Shown here piece by piece: positions 13,160-24,422 of a DNA stretch of 64,000 bases (positions are counted from its first letter, which is position 1; each line of letters opens with the position of its first letter). Location of the stretch: positions 6,643,232 to 6,707,231 of the forward strand of contig CM119268.1 of NCBI GenBank assembly GCA_051294375.1, given 5' to 3'. The stretch is from Paraspadella gotoi. Lineage: Eukaryota > Animalia > Chaetognatha. Below the pieces are notes generated by a model. It saw nothing but the letters and a program-made list of their open reading frames with translations, ran no database searches and was not told the origin of the DNA. A program made the translations under genes and the position numbers.

Positions 13160-13325
13160 TCGTAATCTATTTAAATAAAGATCAGAGCACGACTAGTTAT
13201 ATAATTATAAATATATAATAAAGTAAATTTCAAATGGCAAAAATAAAAATCACAAAATATGTAAAATTAAAATGTCAAGTAAAAGTAGAGAAAAGAGTTA
13301 AGCGCCCCGTCCCTCTTAACTACTA

Positions 13326-13398
13326 GGCGACCACCGGGCTAGAACCCCGGACCTTTGGGTTGGGAGGCGAATGACTTGCCTCCTGCACCAATGGCCAC
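13326..13398 (-). other. Degenerate tRNA-Gly(CCC)-like element (tRNA pseudogene or tRNA-derived SINE head)
   Basis: The minus strand reads GTGGCCATTGGTGCAGGAGGCAAGTCATTCGCCTCCCAACCCAAAGGTCCGGGGTTCTAGCCCGGTGGTCGC. It has A-box-like and B-box-like motifs, a 7-bp acceptor pairing (2 G-U), a CCGGG/CCCGG T-stem and a CT-CCC-AA loop. The anticodon stem is broken. Confidence 0.5.
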
Positions 13399-13466
13399 TG
13401 ATGAACGGTTGGTGGATTTTAGTCCACCATAATGTATAAAATTTCAAAGAGTTAACTATTTCAACA

Positions 13467-14042
13467 TCAACGATAACGAAAACAAAAATAACCGACGGCA
13501 CTGCCGAGCAACGCAGAGGCGAAAAATCTCGCGTCGCCAGTCATAACGACCAACATGAGAACGTAAGTTAATAATAATCTCGTGCACCGCAAACCCGCTT
13601 GAGCGGCCTGGCGAACAGCCGCTCGTAAAGAACATGAGTCAAAGGCCCAAGTGGGGCAAGGAGACGACGATGTGGGTGCGGAAGGATGCGTTGAGTTGGG
13701 CGATGTCGTCGTCGCTTGCAAAGACAAGTTAGCGGTCGGTCGCCCAAAGCTGGTCGTCAAAGTCGAAGGTACAGCGACGGGTGGCAGCGGGATGTCGTCG
13801 CTGGACACAGAATCGGCTACCCACGAAACCGCGCAAGATTCCGGTCTGGACCTGGAACCCCGATCGGCCTCGCGAATATTTGAGCCGCCAGAGGAGGAAA
13901 GGCGGCGAAGAATGAGGTAGAAGGATTCCTGAAGGATGCAGGCCACGAAGACGACGAGACAGGCGGCGAAAACGTGAGCGGGCGAATCAGTGCGAATCGA
14001 TTCAAAAAGAAAAGTCTCGTTGCGACCAAAGTGAAAGAACAT
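13467..14042 (-). CDS. Ctr/SLC31-family copper transporter, intronless
   Basis: MFFHFG..ETFLF N-terminal motif, TM1 FAACLVVFVACILQE, TM2 YVLMLVVMT (MxxxM), TM3 GSAVGYFCF (GxxxG). Confidence 0.85.
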   Translation of the reverse strand: MFFHFGRNETFLFESIRTDSPAHVFAACLVVFVACILQESFYLILRRLSSSGGSNIREADRGSRSRPESCAVSWVADSVSSDDIPLPPVAVPSTLTTSFGRPTANLSLQATTTSPNSTHPSAPTSSSPCPTWAFDSCSLRAAVRQAAQAGLRCTRLLLTYVLMLVVMTGDARFFASALLGSAVGYFCFRYR

Positions 14043-14219
14043 GGCGACGATGTGGACTGAGGAAAGTGGGGGTAGGGAAAGAGTCAAAAGCTAAAAAAAG
14101 GGGAGAGCAATTATCAGCCACAGTTGATATGGCGTCGGAGCTAAACGGGTAATAAAGAGATAGGGACAAACAATAATAAATGAAGAAAAATAAAGAGGAG
14201 AAAATATTTAAAGTTGGCT

Positions 14220-14762
14220 TCATTTCGCGACCGACTGTTTTTCGAATTGTTTCCATCTCAGCTCCAGCGATTTCGAATAAGCGTCCAATTTGTAAGCGGC
14301 CTGCTCCAACTGCGTGACGCTCTCCTCGATGCGATCGATTTGCTCCAGTTGGGGAGCGATATTGGCGTATTTTTCGTTGATTTCTCCCAGAGCCTTAGCG
14401 ATGTTGACTCCCGTCTGCTTCATGTCGACGTACTTGTCCATAGTCGCCCTGCCAGACAGATTAAAAAATGGATTTAGGAATTCCTCGCTAATCCACCTCT
14501 TCCTGCGCCACCTGTTCATCTTCTCCAAAACGAGGTAATCCTCGGCGACGGTTTCAAGTTCGCCGTGGAAGTAGGCAACCACCTTGTCGAACATGTCGTG
14601 GCTGAGTTGGTGGAGGGTGTCGCGCTCGGGATTCGACGCCAGCGTCGAGTTGGAATTGTTCAGTCCTGAGTCGGGGGGAGGGAGAGGGTTGATCTCCACG
14701 TTGTCAGCCGATTCTGGCGTGGAGGAATTCACGCCTGGATCCCGGTTGTTGTCGTCCTCCAT
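14220..14762 (-). CDS. BLOC1S2: BLOC-1 subunit 2 (2 exons)
   Basis: MFDKVVAYFHGELETVAEDYLVLEKMNR|ATMDKYVDMK...LEQIDRIEESVTQLEQAAYKLDAYSKSLE. Confidence 0.93.
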   Translation of the reverse strand: MEDDNNRDPGVNSSTPESADNVEINPLPPPDSGLNNSNSTLASNPERDTLHQLSHDMFDKVVAYFHGELETVAEDYLVLEKMNRWRRKRWISEEFLNPFFNLSGRATMDKYVDMKQTGVNIAKALGEINEKYANIAPQLEQIDRIEESVTQLEQAAYKLDAYSKSLELRWKQFEKQSVAK

Positions 14763-14919
14763 CGTCGATCGCAACGAGTTTTTGATGACAAATTTACGTA
14801 TTGCGACGTTTGTTCACAGTTTCCGTAGGCATTTTTATCACTAAACCCTGAACATGATATCCAACGACATCACGAGCGTAAAAGAATGAGAGTATGACCA
14901 TTGACCATAGACTAGACAA

Positions 14920-14929
14920 GGCACGTGAC
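14920..14929 (-). promoter_or_regulatory. Candidate CLEAR-like E-box (GTCACGTGCC) ~160 nt upstream of the BLOC1S2 ATG
   Basis: 9/10 match to the TFEB/MiT CLEAR palindrome GTCACGTGAC, located in one of the longest intergenic gaps. A short motif like this could arise by chance. Confidence 0.3.
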
Positions 14930-15768
14930 AGATCCTAAACGACTGAGTAGAATTTGTTAGCTTATTATTTTTCCCATGTATATTTTGGTTTCCTTGCAAA
15001 GATCCCTCAAGGTCAAAATTTTTTTCGACCCCTAATAACTACGCGAATATATATGTATGTAAATAATAAATAATAAATAAATATAAACGCTTGAATAATC
15101 CTTCTGGGCAAAAAGTAAAAATAAATTAATCACATTAGCTGCGATTAATCACAACGGCTTTTAAAAATTATTGTTTAATGGTGCGGGGGCCGACAATAGC
15201 GACTAACAATTGGGGAGGAAAATACTCAATGCACAAAATATTTTTTCAAAATAAAATAATACTGAAGAGTATTATGATCTCACAAAGCTAAAAAAGGCCC
15301 CAAATAATAAGCAAATAACAAAAATCTAATAAGCTAGAGTGAAAAATATTGACTAACAACTACAACTACTATAGACTTGAAAAAACGTCTGAAAAAATAC
15401 GACTTATAATAGAACCAAAAAATAATCTTAATGGAGAGTAAGAAAAATGTAGAAAATTATTAAATTAAAATCTTTGTTTTTAAATGCGTAATAAAATATG
15501 AAAAAAATTATGTTAAAAAACAAAAAAAAATACAATTGCGAATATATAGACCCCCTGATTATATCTTGCCAAAGTGTTGGTTAAGACTGAAAAAGTAAAT
15601 TAACATTACTTTCAACCAACTTCAGACAAACGTAAATGATTAATGAACCGGATATAGTTTCAGAATTTTTACAACTAGAAAAATGTGATTAAGACGATTT
15701 TTTTGCTCAACATCCTCATAACAAGACTCGGTACAAAAGTTGACGGACCGCTGTGACTGGGAATTTAT

Positions 15769-18700
15769 TCATTTAATCTGAAAGGCTATCGGTATTTCAG
15801 GCACGCGACAGTCTCCGTTGGAGAGGGTGTGAGCGGAGAGAAGACATATGCCGTGGTAATGGACAAACGCCGCTGCCACCACGCAGATGTGGAAGATTTG
15901 ATGCGACTGGAACCAGATGTCGAAGTATCCCGGAAACCACTTCTCTGGAATGCGAAAAGCGTATAGAAGCGCACCGCCTGTAAGGAAGAAAAATTATGTT
16001 GCGTGTCACTATCCTATCTGTCCACAATCTCATCAGGAATAGGACATGGACACCGACCTATATACAAGACGGCCATGAGCAAGAGCCAGCCTAAACCGCC
16101 GGTAGTGAAGGCGTTGACAAAGCCTTTTTGAATAGAATAATGGATTGCAGGAATAACTCCACTGAGACCCAATGCGATAAAAAGGCCGGCGCGAAGGTGG
16201 CGATACTGAGGAGACGAAAACTTGTCCCAAAGAGACACGACGATGGCCCCCGTTCCTTTTATGAGAGGTATAATGTTATAAGATACATAAAACTATGTAT
16301 ATTTCACGATTTCTTTTCAAAGAATAAAATACACATATATTGGAAAATAAATCGTTCAAAAACCTGACAATTATGTCGTTATATCATTCACTCTAACATT
16401 TATACTCCACCAAAACTACAATTTTTTTAAAAATCATATAACATTTTATCGTTATATTATTACTTAGCTAAAAATAAAACTATTTTAGAACAAGTTTGAG
16501 CAAACAATGCCGAATCTGCCCACGATCATTAGCGGTAATTAATTAGTTAATTAATTTAATCCGACATTGCTCAAACATGTTTGTTTTAGGTTTTTTCGTC
16601 ACTGACCACGACAAAAGCAACGACGATGGCGACGACGACTATAACGCTGATAACGATTGAAACAGTTATTTTCATTTAAACTCATTTCCACTCGGACGAA
16701 TCCATCGAAACTTGATTTCCAGTTTAACACACTTTCCTAACCACATACAAAATTTAAAGACAATCGCCTCATACAATCATGAGAAATTGGCGTTCAAATC
16801 GAAGGGGGGACGGACGGACGAACGGGCAGACAGACATCAATTTTTTTTTCCATAATTTATCATAATTCGATGTTCTGACATGATTTAAGAGACAAGATTG
16901 GGGGGTCGACCGACAAAGTGAATTATACGTAGAGAATTAAAAAAAAAAATCTTAAAGTATCATCAACGGAATGGACCTATAAACGGACTTGGTTGGCCTA
17001 GTGATGTGATTGCTCGTCTCCTTCACGAATCATCAGAATGCCGACGAATCACAGACCTTACTTCAACCTTAGAATGACCAATGACCGACAGAGGAACCGA
17101 CGGAGGGATTGATGGTCAAAATTGCTAAGAGAACTCTCGGCATTCACCTCTACACCCAAACTCAAGAAAGAACACTTCTTCAAATAATTATTGAACTGTT
17201 TAATATTGTCATCACCTTTGTCTTAACCTTTGTCATCGTGTCATCGTTACCTATGTCATCACCCTAATTATTGTCCGTCATTAATAAACTATTGTCAACC
17301 AAATACTTTGCCACTTATTATTTACCCTCGTTATTTGACTAAACGTCAACGGTATAAAAAGTATAAAAAATTTATGGACCCATGACAAACTTTCATACTC
17401 AAACTAAAAAAAAAAATATATTTGATACAGGAAATCTAAGTTTTATGCATAACAAACTTATTATTTACAATATTATATACAATATTACAATATTATATAC
17501 TATAATGTAACTCTCGCGGTTTCTGAGTAGAAGAAGCACAGGACGAGCTTCGGTCGGCAGTAGTATGCGGGAGGCCATAATTTCTGCCAATGTGCGACTT
17601 GTTGGTGATAGCCAAAGCAACATCGGTAGCCACCTACGGACGATTTGTTAGCTATGGCCAAAGCAAACTGGGAAGTGACAGCACAATCAGGACCTATTCT
17701 TCCTTAGGACTAGGGTCTTAGCAGACAGTTGGTGACATCAGTAGGCTGATGCACCACTGTAACTCTCGCAGTTTCTGAGTAAGAAGCACAGGACGAGCTT
17801 CGGTCGGCAGTAGTATGCGGGAGGCCATAAGTTCGGCCAATGTGCGACTTGTTGGTGATAGCCGAAGCAACACCGGTAGCCACCTACGGACGATTTGTTA
17901 GCTATGGCCAAAGCAAAGCTGGGAAGTGACAGGCACAATCAGGACCTATTCTTCCTTAGGACTAGAGGTCTGAGCAGACAGTTTGGTGACATCAGTAGGC
18001 TGATGCACCACTGTAACTCTCGCAGTTTCTGAGTAGAAGAAGCACAGGACGAGCTTCGGTCGGCAGTAGTATGCAGGAGGCCAAAAGTGTGTGAGAGATA
18101 AAGAGATAAAAAAAGGGAAAATATGGTAAAGTGATAACTACGACTGCGATGCTTAACATCATGCCCCCTCAATCTTATCGAGAATTTACTTAAATCATAT
18201 CCGGCAATATTCGCAATATAAAAGCAACAACAATGACAACTTACCAAGCAACAATATAGCGATGAGGTACGCCAGTTTCGTGAAAAAGGAACAATAGAAC
18301 CCATAGTAAAGCCATGGCACAAAACTTCCCATAGTGAGAACGGCAATTCCGCAATAGTCAAGCTTACTGAAGGATAAACATAATAATAAAGTAGAGGTAA
18401 ATTTAGTAGTAAGGTAAATTTCAAAGCATTATGCACAATTCACTTCACCTGAAAATGTATGATACAAACGGGGAATGACAACTTAGAGTGTGGAAAAGCC
18501 ACGAGCAGCTGAGGCAGATGATCGCGCCGGCGAAAAACGCAGAAAAGACCATCAATTCTTGAAAGGGAAGTTCGAAAGAGTGGCGCCAATAAAAGCAAAC
18601 GGTGAGAACCACGAAAAGAAGCGCTCCCAGCAGATGTGTCCAGATGTTACCAGTTTCCGTGTGTATCCTGGTAGCGAGAGAGAGTTGATCAATTTTATTA

Positions 18701-19349
18701 TTTTTTTCAAATTGAAAAAAACTTGCCTAAAAATGGATTGGAAACAAGCGACGAAGGATCGCAACTGGGGCCTGTGCCCTCGTAACAGGTAATCGTTGTC
18801 TTGGAGCCAAGAAGGCAGCGCGTGATGCGGCACGACTCGCCACCCGGCCTCCCACACGCGGGTCGCCAACTGGCGGGCGGACTCGCGACAGTCCAACGCG
18901 CCAAAATCTACGTCCGGTAGGAAGGGATTCTGGATCGGAGAAAAATAATTAACTTCGAATCCTTCTAATAGACGAAACGTGAAAAACTTTCTAACCTGCT
19001 CCCACGCGATCTTGGCTTCTCCTTTTACGCCGACGGTGGAATGGCTTTTTCGTCTGACGGGTCGCGGCTTCGGCGTCGGATTCGGCTCATCCAAGTTGAG
19101 ACTCTCGCAGCACGAAGTCGTGCCGACGGGTCGTACGGCGGCTGAGTCGAGCTTGGGAGGTGCGGAAGCTCGAGGACCCGCGGGTGGAAGCAAAGCGAAA
19201 GCTTCGTCAGCGGAATGGTCGAAGGGTTTGCGACGACGACTCTCGTTGCTATTGTGATCGGAAATCGGCTCGCGATCCTCCTCGTCGTCGTCCCGTACGT
19301 AAGCGCAACAAGGCGGAGTAGGCGACCCCGTCGACTCCGCGGTTTCCAT
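15769..19349 (-). CDS. ADIPOR: Adiponectin receptor (PAQR family), multi-exon with a ~2 kb intron (~16256-18244)
   Basis: LPSWLQDNDYLLRGHRPQL, RIHTETGNIWTHLLG, HTLSCHS, KLDYCGIA, RIPEKWFPGYFDIWFQSHQIFHICVV..HYHG. Confidence 0.95.
16803..16926. mobile_element. Fragment of a dispersed repeat (second copy ~42425-42460), possibly a non-autonomous element
   Basis: GACCGACAAAGTGAATTA is shared by an AdipoR intron and a TDRD9 intron, each time preceded by a G-run, with GACG/GACA-type microrepeats nearby. Confidence 0.4.
17507..18082. repeat. Tandem ~250-bp repeat (about 2.3 copies) inside the AdipoR intron
   Basis: The unit starting TGTAACTCTCGC.GTTTCTGAGTA..AAGCACAGGACGAGCTTCGGTCGGCAGTAGTATGC recurs at ~17507, ~17758 and ~18012 with few differences. 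Confidence 0.95.
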
Positions 19350-19640
19350 GACGACTCAACGTCAGGCGAAAGTCGTTCGAGTTTCGAAAGTCATTTCAAC
19401 GACGAAAAAATCGCGCGACGAGATTCGAAATTAAACTCTTTTGTCGATCATTCGCCCCCGAGTCAAAGAAACAAAACGGACTGATAAGAAGAAAATGATT
19501 AGATAATAAAGAATAACCAAACTCTAGACTTGAGGGACACCACCGTAAAGGCTAAAATTATAAATACATATATTGTAATTTGTATCATTTGATTCGCCAT
19601 CGCAATTCTTAAGATCGTCGATCGCCTCGTGCACGAGGAA

Positions 19641-19688
19641 ATCGGAAGAGCTCGGGTAGGTGGAACTACTTTTTGGGCTCTTCGTCAT
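19641..19688 (-). promoter_or_regulatory. SECIS element (form 2) in the SELENOT 3' UTR
   Basis: The minus strand reads ATGAC-GAAGAGC-CC-AAAAA-GTAG-TTCCAC-CTAC-CCGA-GCTCTTC-CGAT. This gives the AUGA/GA quartet, helix II, unpaired As and an apical mini-stem. Confidence 0.9.
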
Positions 19689-20067
19689 GGTCGATCGATC
19701 GATTTTAGAAAAAGAATCTCGCGGGTGAACTTGGACAAATTATCGCGGTATTTTCAAATAAAGTACGCACACAAATAAAAAAATCCCACAAAATAAATGA
19801 CTTTTCAACGTTAAATAATTGAAATTACGAAGCGTTAAGAAAATGAATGAAGGAAAGAAAAAAGTAAATTGAAAGAAAAAAAGTTTAAACGATAAGGATT
19901 GTGACGAGAAAAAAGAGGAATGACTTGAAAAGACTATCTCCCACCCTTGTAGTGGAGAAACACGTAATGAGGCTCAGAATCCAATATCACACGTGAATTA
20001 AGCCCCCCCCCAATTCGAGTATCAAGTAGAGGAACATGATCATTCTTTTTCGATCTCCCGAATCTTT

Positions 20068-20959
20068 TTAACCGAAGGTGTTTCCGGCGCCTCCGGCCAT
20101 CTCCATGTTGGATTCGATCATCTGGAACAGCTCCTGCGCCGACGGTATCCTGCCAGTTTGGAGTTTGCTCCACAAGCTAATCCCGTTAAAATCGATTTCA
20201 AAGGCGCCTTTAAAAAAATGATTTTAATAACTATTTATTTATTGTCGCTATTCAACAACATTTTTATACATTTTTAGTAAAAACAAGATCGTCGCAAATG
20301 CAAAGCGATTGCGACGATAAAAAACACTTACCCGTCGAAATGAGTTGACTTTCGATCATGTTTCCCAAGAAAAACGCCATCATACAAGCGTAAACTTTGT
20401 TTTCCATGGCCCAAGTAAAAGCCTCGGGAGTGACCATGTTCAAATAAGTAAAAGGATTCTGACCCAGGACAATGAGGATGATGAAAGCGAATTTTAAGGC
20501 ACTCAGTGTTTGAGCAATAATCTGCTTCGGAGGAGGAGGAGGGTAATTCCCACCCTCTACCTTCAACCCCGGATAGCGATCCTACGATAATGAACAACGA
20601 AAACAAATAGATGGTGAGAAAGTGAGGAATCGGATGGAAATCAAAGTTGTCGAACCTTAATCGCTTGAGACATTTGCTCAAACACGTTGCGGTATCCTCA
20701 GGAGTAACAGAAGAGGAACTTGATTGTGGGAGTGGCGTATTGACTCAACTTGGGGGCTCGAATCTCTCTCTCCACGTCAACAGCGTGTGTTTGACCCTGT
20801 TATAGGTTAAACAATACACATTGTTTGAGTTTGGCAAAGTGAGCGGTGAAAAGGTAAAAAGAATAGGTTTACCGTGGGCCAAAAGATTTCCTTCACGGTG
20901 AGGGCCATCAGCAAAACCGCTACGCTCCCGGCGAGGCCCAGTCCTCCGGGATAAGCCAT
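20068..20959 (-). CDS. SELENOT: Selenoprotein T (4 exons; Sec UGA at 20698-20700)
   Basis: Spliced reading gives IKFLFCYS-TGA-GYRNVFEQMSQAIK DRYPGLKVEGGNYPPPPPKQ...ENKVYACMMAFFLGNMIESQLISTGAFEI...WSKLQTGRIPS, a CxxU motif, with a SECIS downstream. Confidence 0.95.
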
Positions 20960-21114
20960 CTTAGTTTCGTAAAACGAGCTTTGTTTTATATTCTCTGTCG
21001 ATCACTGTTCTTAACTCGAATTCATTCTCTTTTTCTTCAAAGAAAATTTAACAAATAAATCAACGTGAAAAATACCTTACCGATTGTTTAAACCTGATCA
21101 AAATCAACCAACAT

Positions 21115-23252
21115 TCATTTCTGAAAAGGTCTCAATTCTCGTTCGCCATGGGCGTAGTCGCAGTCGAGAGGAGTCAAAGGGCATCCCTGAGGATGTCTTT
21201 GGAAGAACCAACAAAGAGATGTTTTTCGCCGTCGATTTCTCTCATCGTCGTCGGCGAGTTCTTTTTTCTTCTCGAATCGCCAATCCTTCAACCGGACGCC
21301 GTCGCCGACGAGTCGGAACACTTGATGGTGATTCTTTAACAGAGTCTTCAGTCCGCCGCATTCTCTTTTAAGTGTCTTCAAATCGTTGGACGAAAGAAGG
21401 TCAACCACGCGCTTCATTGTCAACTCTCCTCCAGCATTCCACACTGACTTCTCCGACGGCGTCTGGAGCGGCGGCGCCGACAGCAACTCCAGAAACACGG
21501 CATTGGCGACGGCGTCTTTGAAGCTCTTGTCAATTTTGGAACAGTTTCGGACCGGTTCCTCTTTGTCGCGCGGTTTAAAGCTAGACGTCCAATCCGAGCC
21601 AGCGTCGTTTGTTTTTTCTATCGTCGATGCGGAAGTCCTCCCTCCGATAAAGGCTTTCCTCTTTCTCTCCACGGCTTCCTCCGTCGTCTCTTCGTAGTTT
21701 CTTTTCCTCCCGACGAGACAAACTCTTTTCGTCGACGGAATGCGGAGAACGTCTTCCTCGGCGTCGAAACCGGCGGCAGAGCAGATTTCCCGGATGTAAT
21801 TCAAATAGCTACGATACTGCGTTTGCGTCGACGTCTCACGCACGAACTTTTTGTCGAAATCCCAAAAGCAGCAGGGAAGCAAAAAGAAGTTGGTTCGTTT
21901 TGAGGATCGAGCAGCGATTATGGGAATCCAGGGAGTCAATTCGTCGCTATGGTTGCCGATGAGCCAGTCGGTCTCGGGAAAGAGATTTACGTCGGAAGGA
22001 ACGACTGTTCGCCACCGGAAATAAAACATTAAGGAGCTCTAGATTATGTGTAAAATTATTGAGGACATTGTCATGATTAATGATTAATTGATTACACACC
22101 ACTTTTTTCCCTAAGATCGGCCCGAGGGGAAAACCGGTTCCAAATTTTTCTTCGACGAACGTCGATTCCATAACCTGGGTATCCCTCCTGCGTGAGGATG
22201 TGGACGAGCAGACCGTTGCCGCAACCCAGATCTACAAAACTCGGCTTCGTGGGCGTTCCTTCCTGGTCATCGTCACGTCGCCAGAGGGTGACGAGGTAAG
22301 CAGCAATAGCGACGTCCTCGAAGACGAATTTTTGCGGATCCGTGACCTCCGTCCAATTTTTAACCATTTCCGCTCCGTATTTAGTTTTTAACCTGAAGTA
22401 AAATATAAGGAAAGTCTCTTTTTAACATCAATAAGAGATATTTTAAATTCACCTGGAGTAGTTTTCCGCGTAATCCTCGACTTTAAGCAGCCGCAATGAA
22501 TGTCCGAAGGTACTGCCTATCGGCGTCTCCGTCCACTTGACGAGCTTGCCCAACAGAGTCGAGGCGAGCCAAGCGGGGGCCACTCCGGCTGAAGGAACAA
22601 TCATCAAAGGATCGGACATAACGGAAAGCCTTACGGAGAACCCCGTCGCCCGCGACGAAGTTTCCAAAGCTATCTCGTAGAAAACTATCCACAGTTTTGA
22701 GTGAATATTTTCGTGGTCCTCGTAACCGAATGACAGGAAATAAGCGGAAGGTTCGGCAGTTCGAACAACCAACTGAAACGTTTTGTTTCCATTCTTCTTT
22801 CCGATTAACTCGTCACACATCGAAGATCTCACGGAGGAAAAATCGACGCTTTCGTTTCCGGCAAATAATTTTAAAAGCTGACCCAGGAACCCGCAGTTGG
22901 TTCGTTCAAGGAGATCGTCGACGGCGGAACGAAGGAGCGTCGAATCCCGCGTCGTCCGTCCCCTTAATTTTTTTAGATCCCCGAGGATTCCGTCATCGTC
23001 CTCGCACTTGCCACCGTCGATGGCCCAGAGCAGTTTTTTCCCCGCGACGCGTTTGTTGACGACGTGCGGACGCTCGATCCAAGTATCCAGCGCCTCGTCG
23101 AAGTTGGCGAAGACGTCTTCCGTCGAGATACTGAGAAACTCTCGACGAACCAAGCGCTGCCACGATGGCAACTCGTCAACTAAAGTTCTGCAAGCAAACG
23201 ATTCGCGAAGGGTGGAATCTGAGGCGACAGACGGGACAAGAGGCGAAGCCAT
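21115..23252 (-). CDS. TRMT44: tRNA (uracil-O(2)-)-methyltransferase TRMT44 (3 exons; start codon uncertain, overlaps PEX10)
   Basis: WIERPHVVNKR, TDPQKFVFEDVAIAAYL, FVDLGCGNGLLVHIL, DWLIGNHSDELTPWIP, LPCCFWDF, LRIPSTKR and a C-terminal CCCH finger (CWFF..HPQGCP...CDYAHG). Confidence 0.93.
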
Positions 23253-24172
23253 CGGAACCGATCGACGTTCGGCTCCAAGCGAACAAACACTTCCAACAGA
23301 ACAGATGACCGCAGGGTGGAACGGTGGCGTTAGATCTTGCCTCCAAACAGAGCGGGCAACGGGTTGACGGTGACTCCGGAAATTTTCCCGTTACCGCGTC
23401 ATTTTTTTCCACCGAAATCGTCGCCGACGATCGCGCCGTTTTCAAAACGTCAAAAACCACGCGCGCTAGCAGAATAGCACCCAAGACGCGAAAGACGACG
23501 AAGCTCGTCGCGTTTTCCGCCGCCAAATGAGGGCGGGTGGTCACGTAACGAACGCCCGTCAGGCGCTTGGAAAAATCGCGGTAAGTTCCAAAGAAATAGA
23601 ACAGCGCCAAGTGGGATTGGTGGAATATGGGGGCGAAGCGGTCAAGGAAGGAGTGGACGATTAAAAGGCGGCGGCTATCGGCGGCGGCGAAATCTCCTCG
23701 ATCTACCGAAGATTTGAAAAAACGGAGGAAGCGACGAAAAAGAGCGGGACCGAAAAGACGGAAGAAAAGGGTGAGGACGAGGATCGGAGTCGAGACTAGA
23801 GAAGGTTTTTCGGAAGAGGAGACCTCGAGGATGTTCGAGAACTCTTCGCCCAAAGTTTGGTTGCCTGGATTTTTGAAAGACGATGTCAATTTTACGAAAA
23901 CTAATTTCTAATAAAATTTTTTTTATATTTGGACCTTTACTAAACTCAATATAAACCTGATAAGCCTACGATCTCGTACCCGACAGAGTCGTGAGCGAAT
24001 AATAAATTATTTCCGCGGTTCGATCGAGATTCTCTTTGTTTTTCAAGAGCGACGCGCAGCCGAAGCACCGACGACAAATTTCGGTGAAACTTGATTTCAA
24101 AAGTCCCACGTAGTAGTCGTCCCTCTGAATAGCTCGCAGTATCTGAGCCGTAGAGGCACTAGTCGGCGGCAT
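23176..24172 (-). CDS. PEX10: Peroxisome biogenesis factor 10 (exons 23980-24172 and 23176-23864; 293 aa)
   Basis: ILRAIQRDDYY, YYSLTTLSGNQTLGEEF, HLALFYFFGTYRDFSKRLTGVRY and a C3HC4 RING CPLCLE...PCGHLFCWKCL...CPVCR. Confidence 0.95.
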
Positions 24173-24422
24173 GAATAAAAATAAATAAATTCCTGAAATA
24201 GGAAAAAAAACTCGGGTAAGACGTAATAAAAAATATGCGTGACCGAGCCAAAATAAACGGGAAAGGGGAAATTAACGGGAATAACAATTAGAACCGTAAC
24301 AGTAAGAAGACGCCTCAAAATCTTTTGAAAAAACAATGTTTAAAACGTAACGCAATGTCTAAATTTAAGTTTATGGCAGGCGAAGTAACAAAAAATGAAA
24401 ATGAACGAAATGAATGCAACGC

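Noticed and set aside
17507-18082. CRISPR array
   Set aside because: The units are ~250 bp with no unique spacers, there are no cas genes, and the context is a eukaryotic intron.
17738-18436. 165-aa and 66-aa ORFs as separate genes
   Set aside because: They are an out-of-frame reading of an AdipoR exon (KLDYCGIA...) plus tandem repeat sequence.
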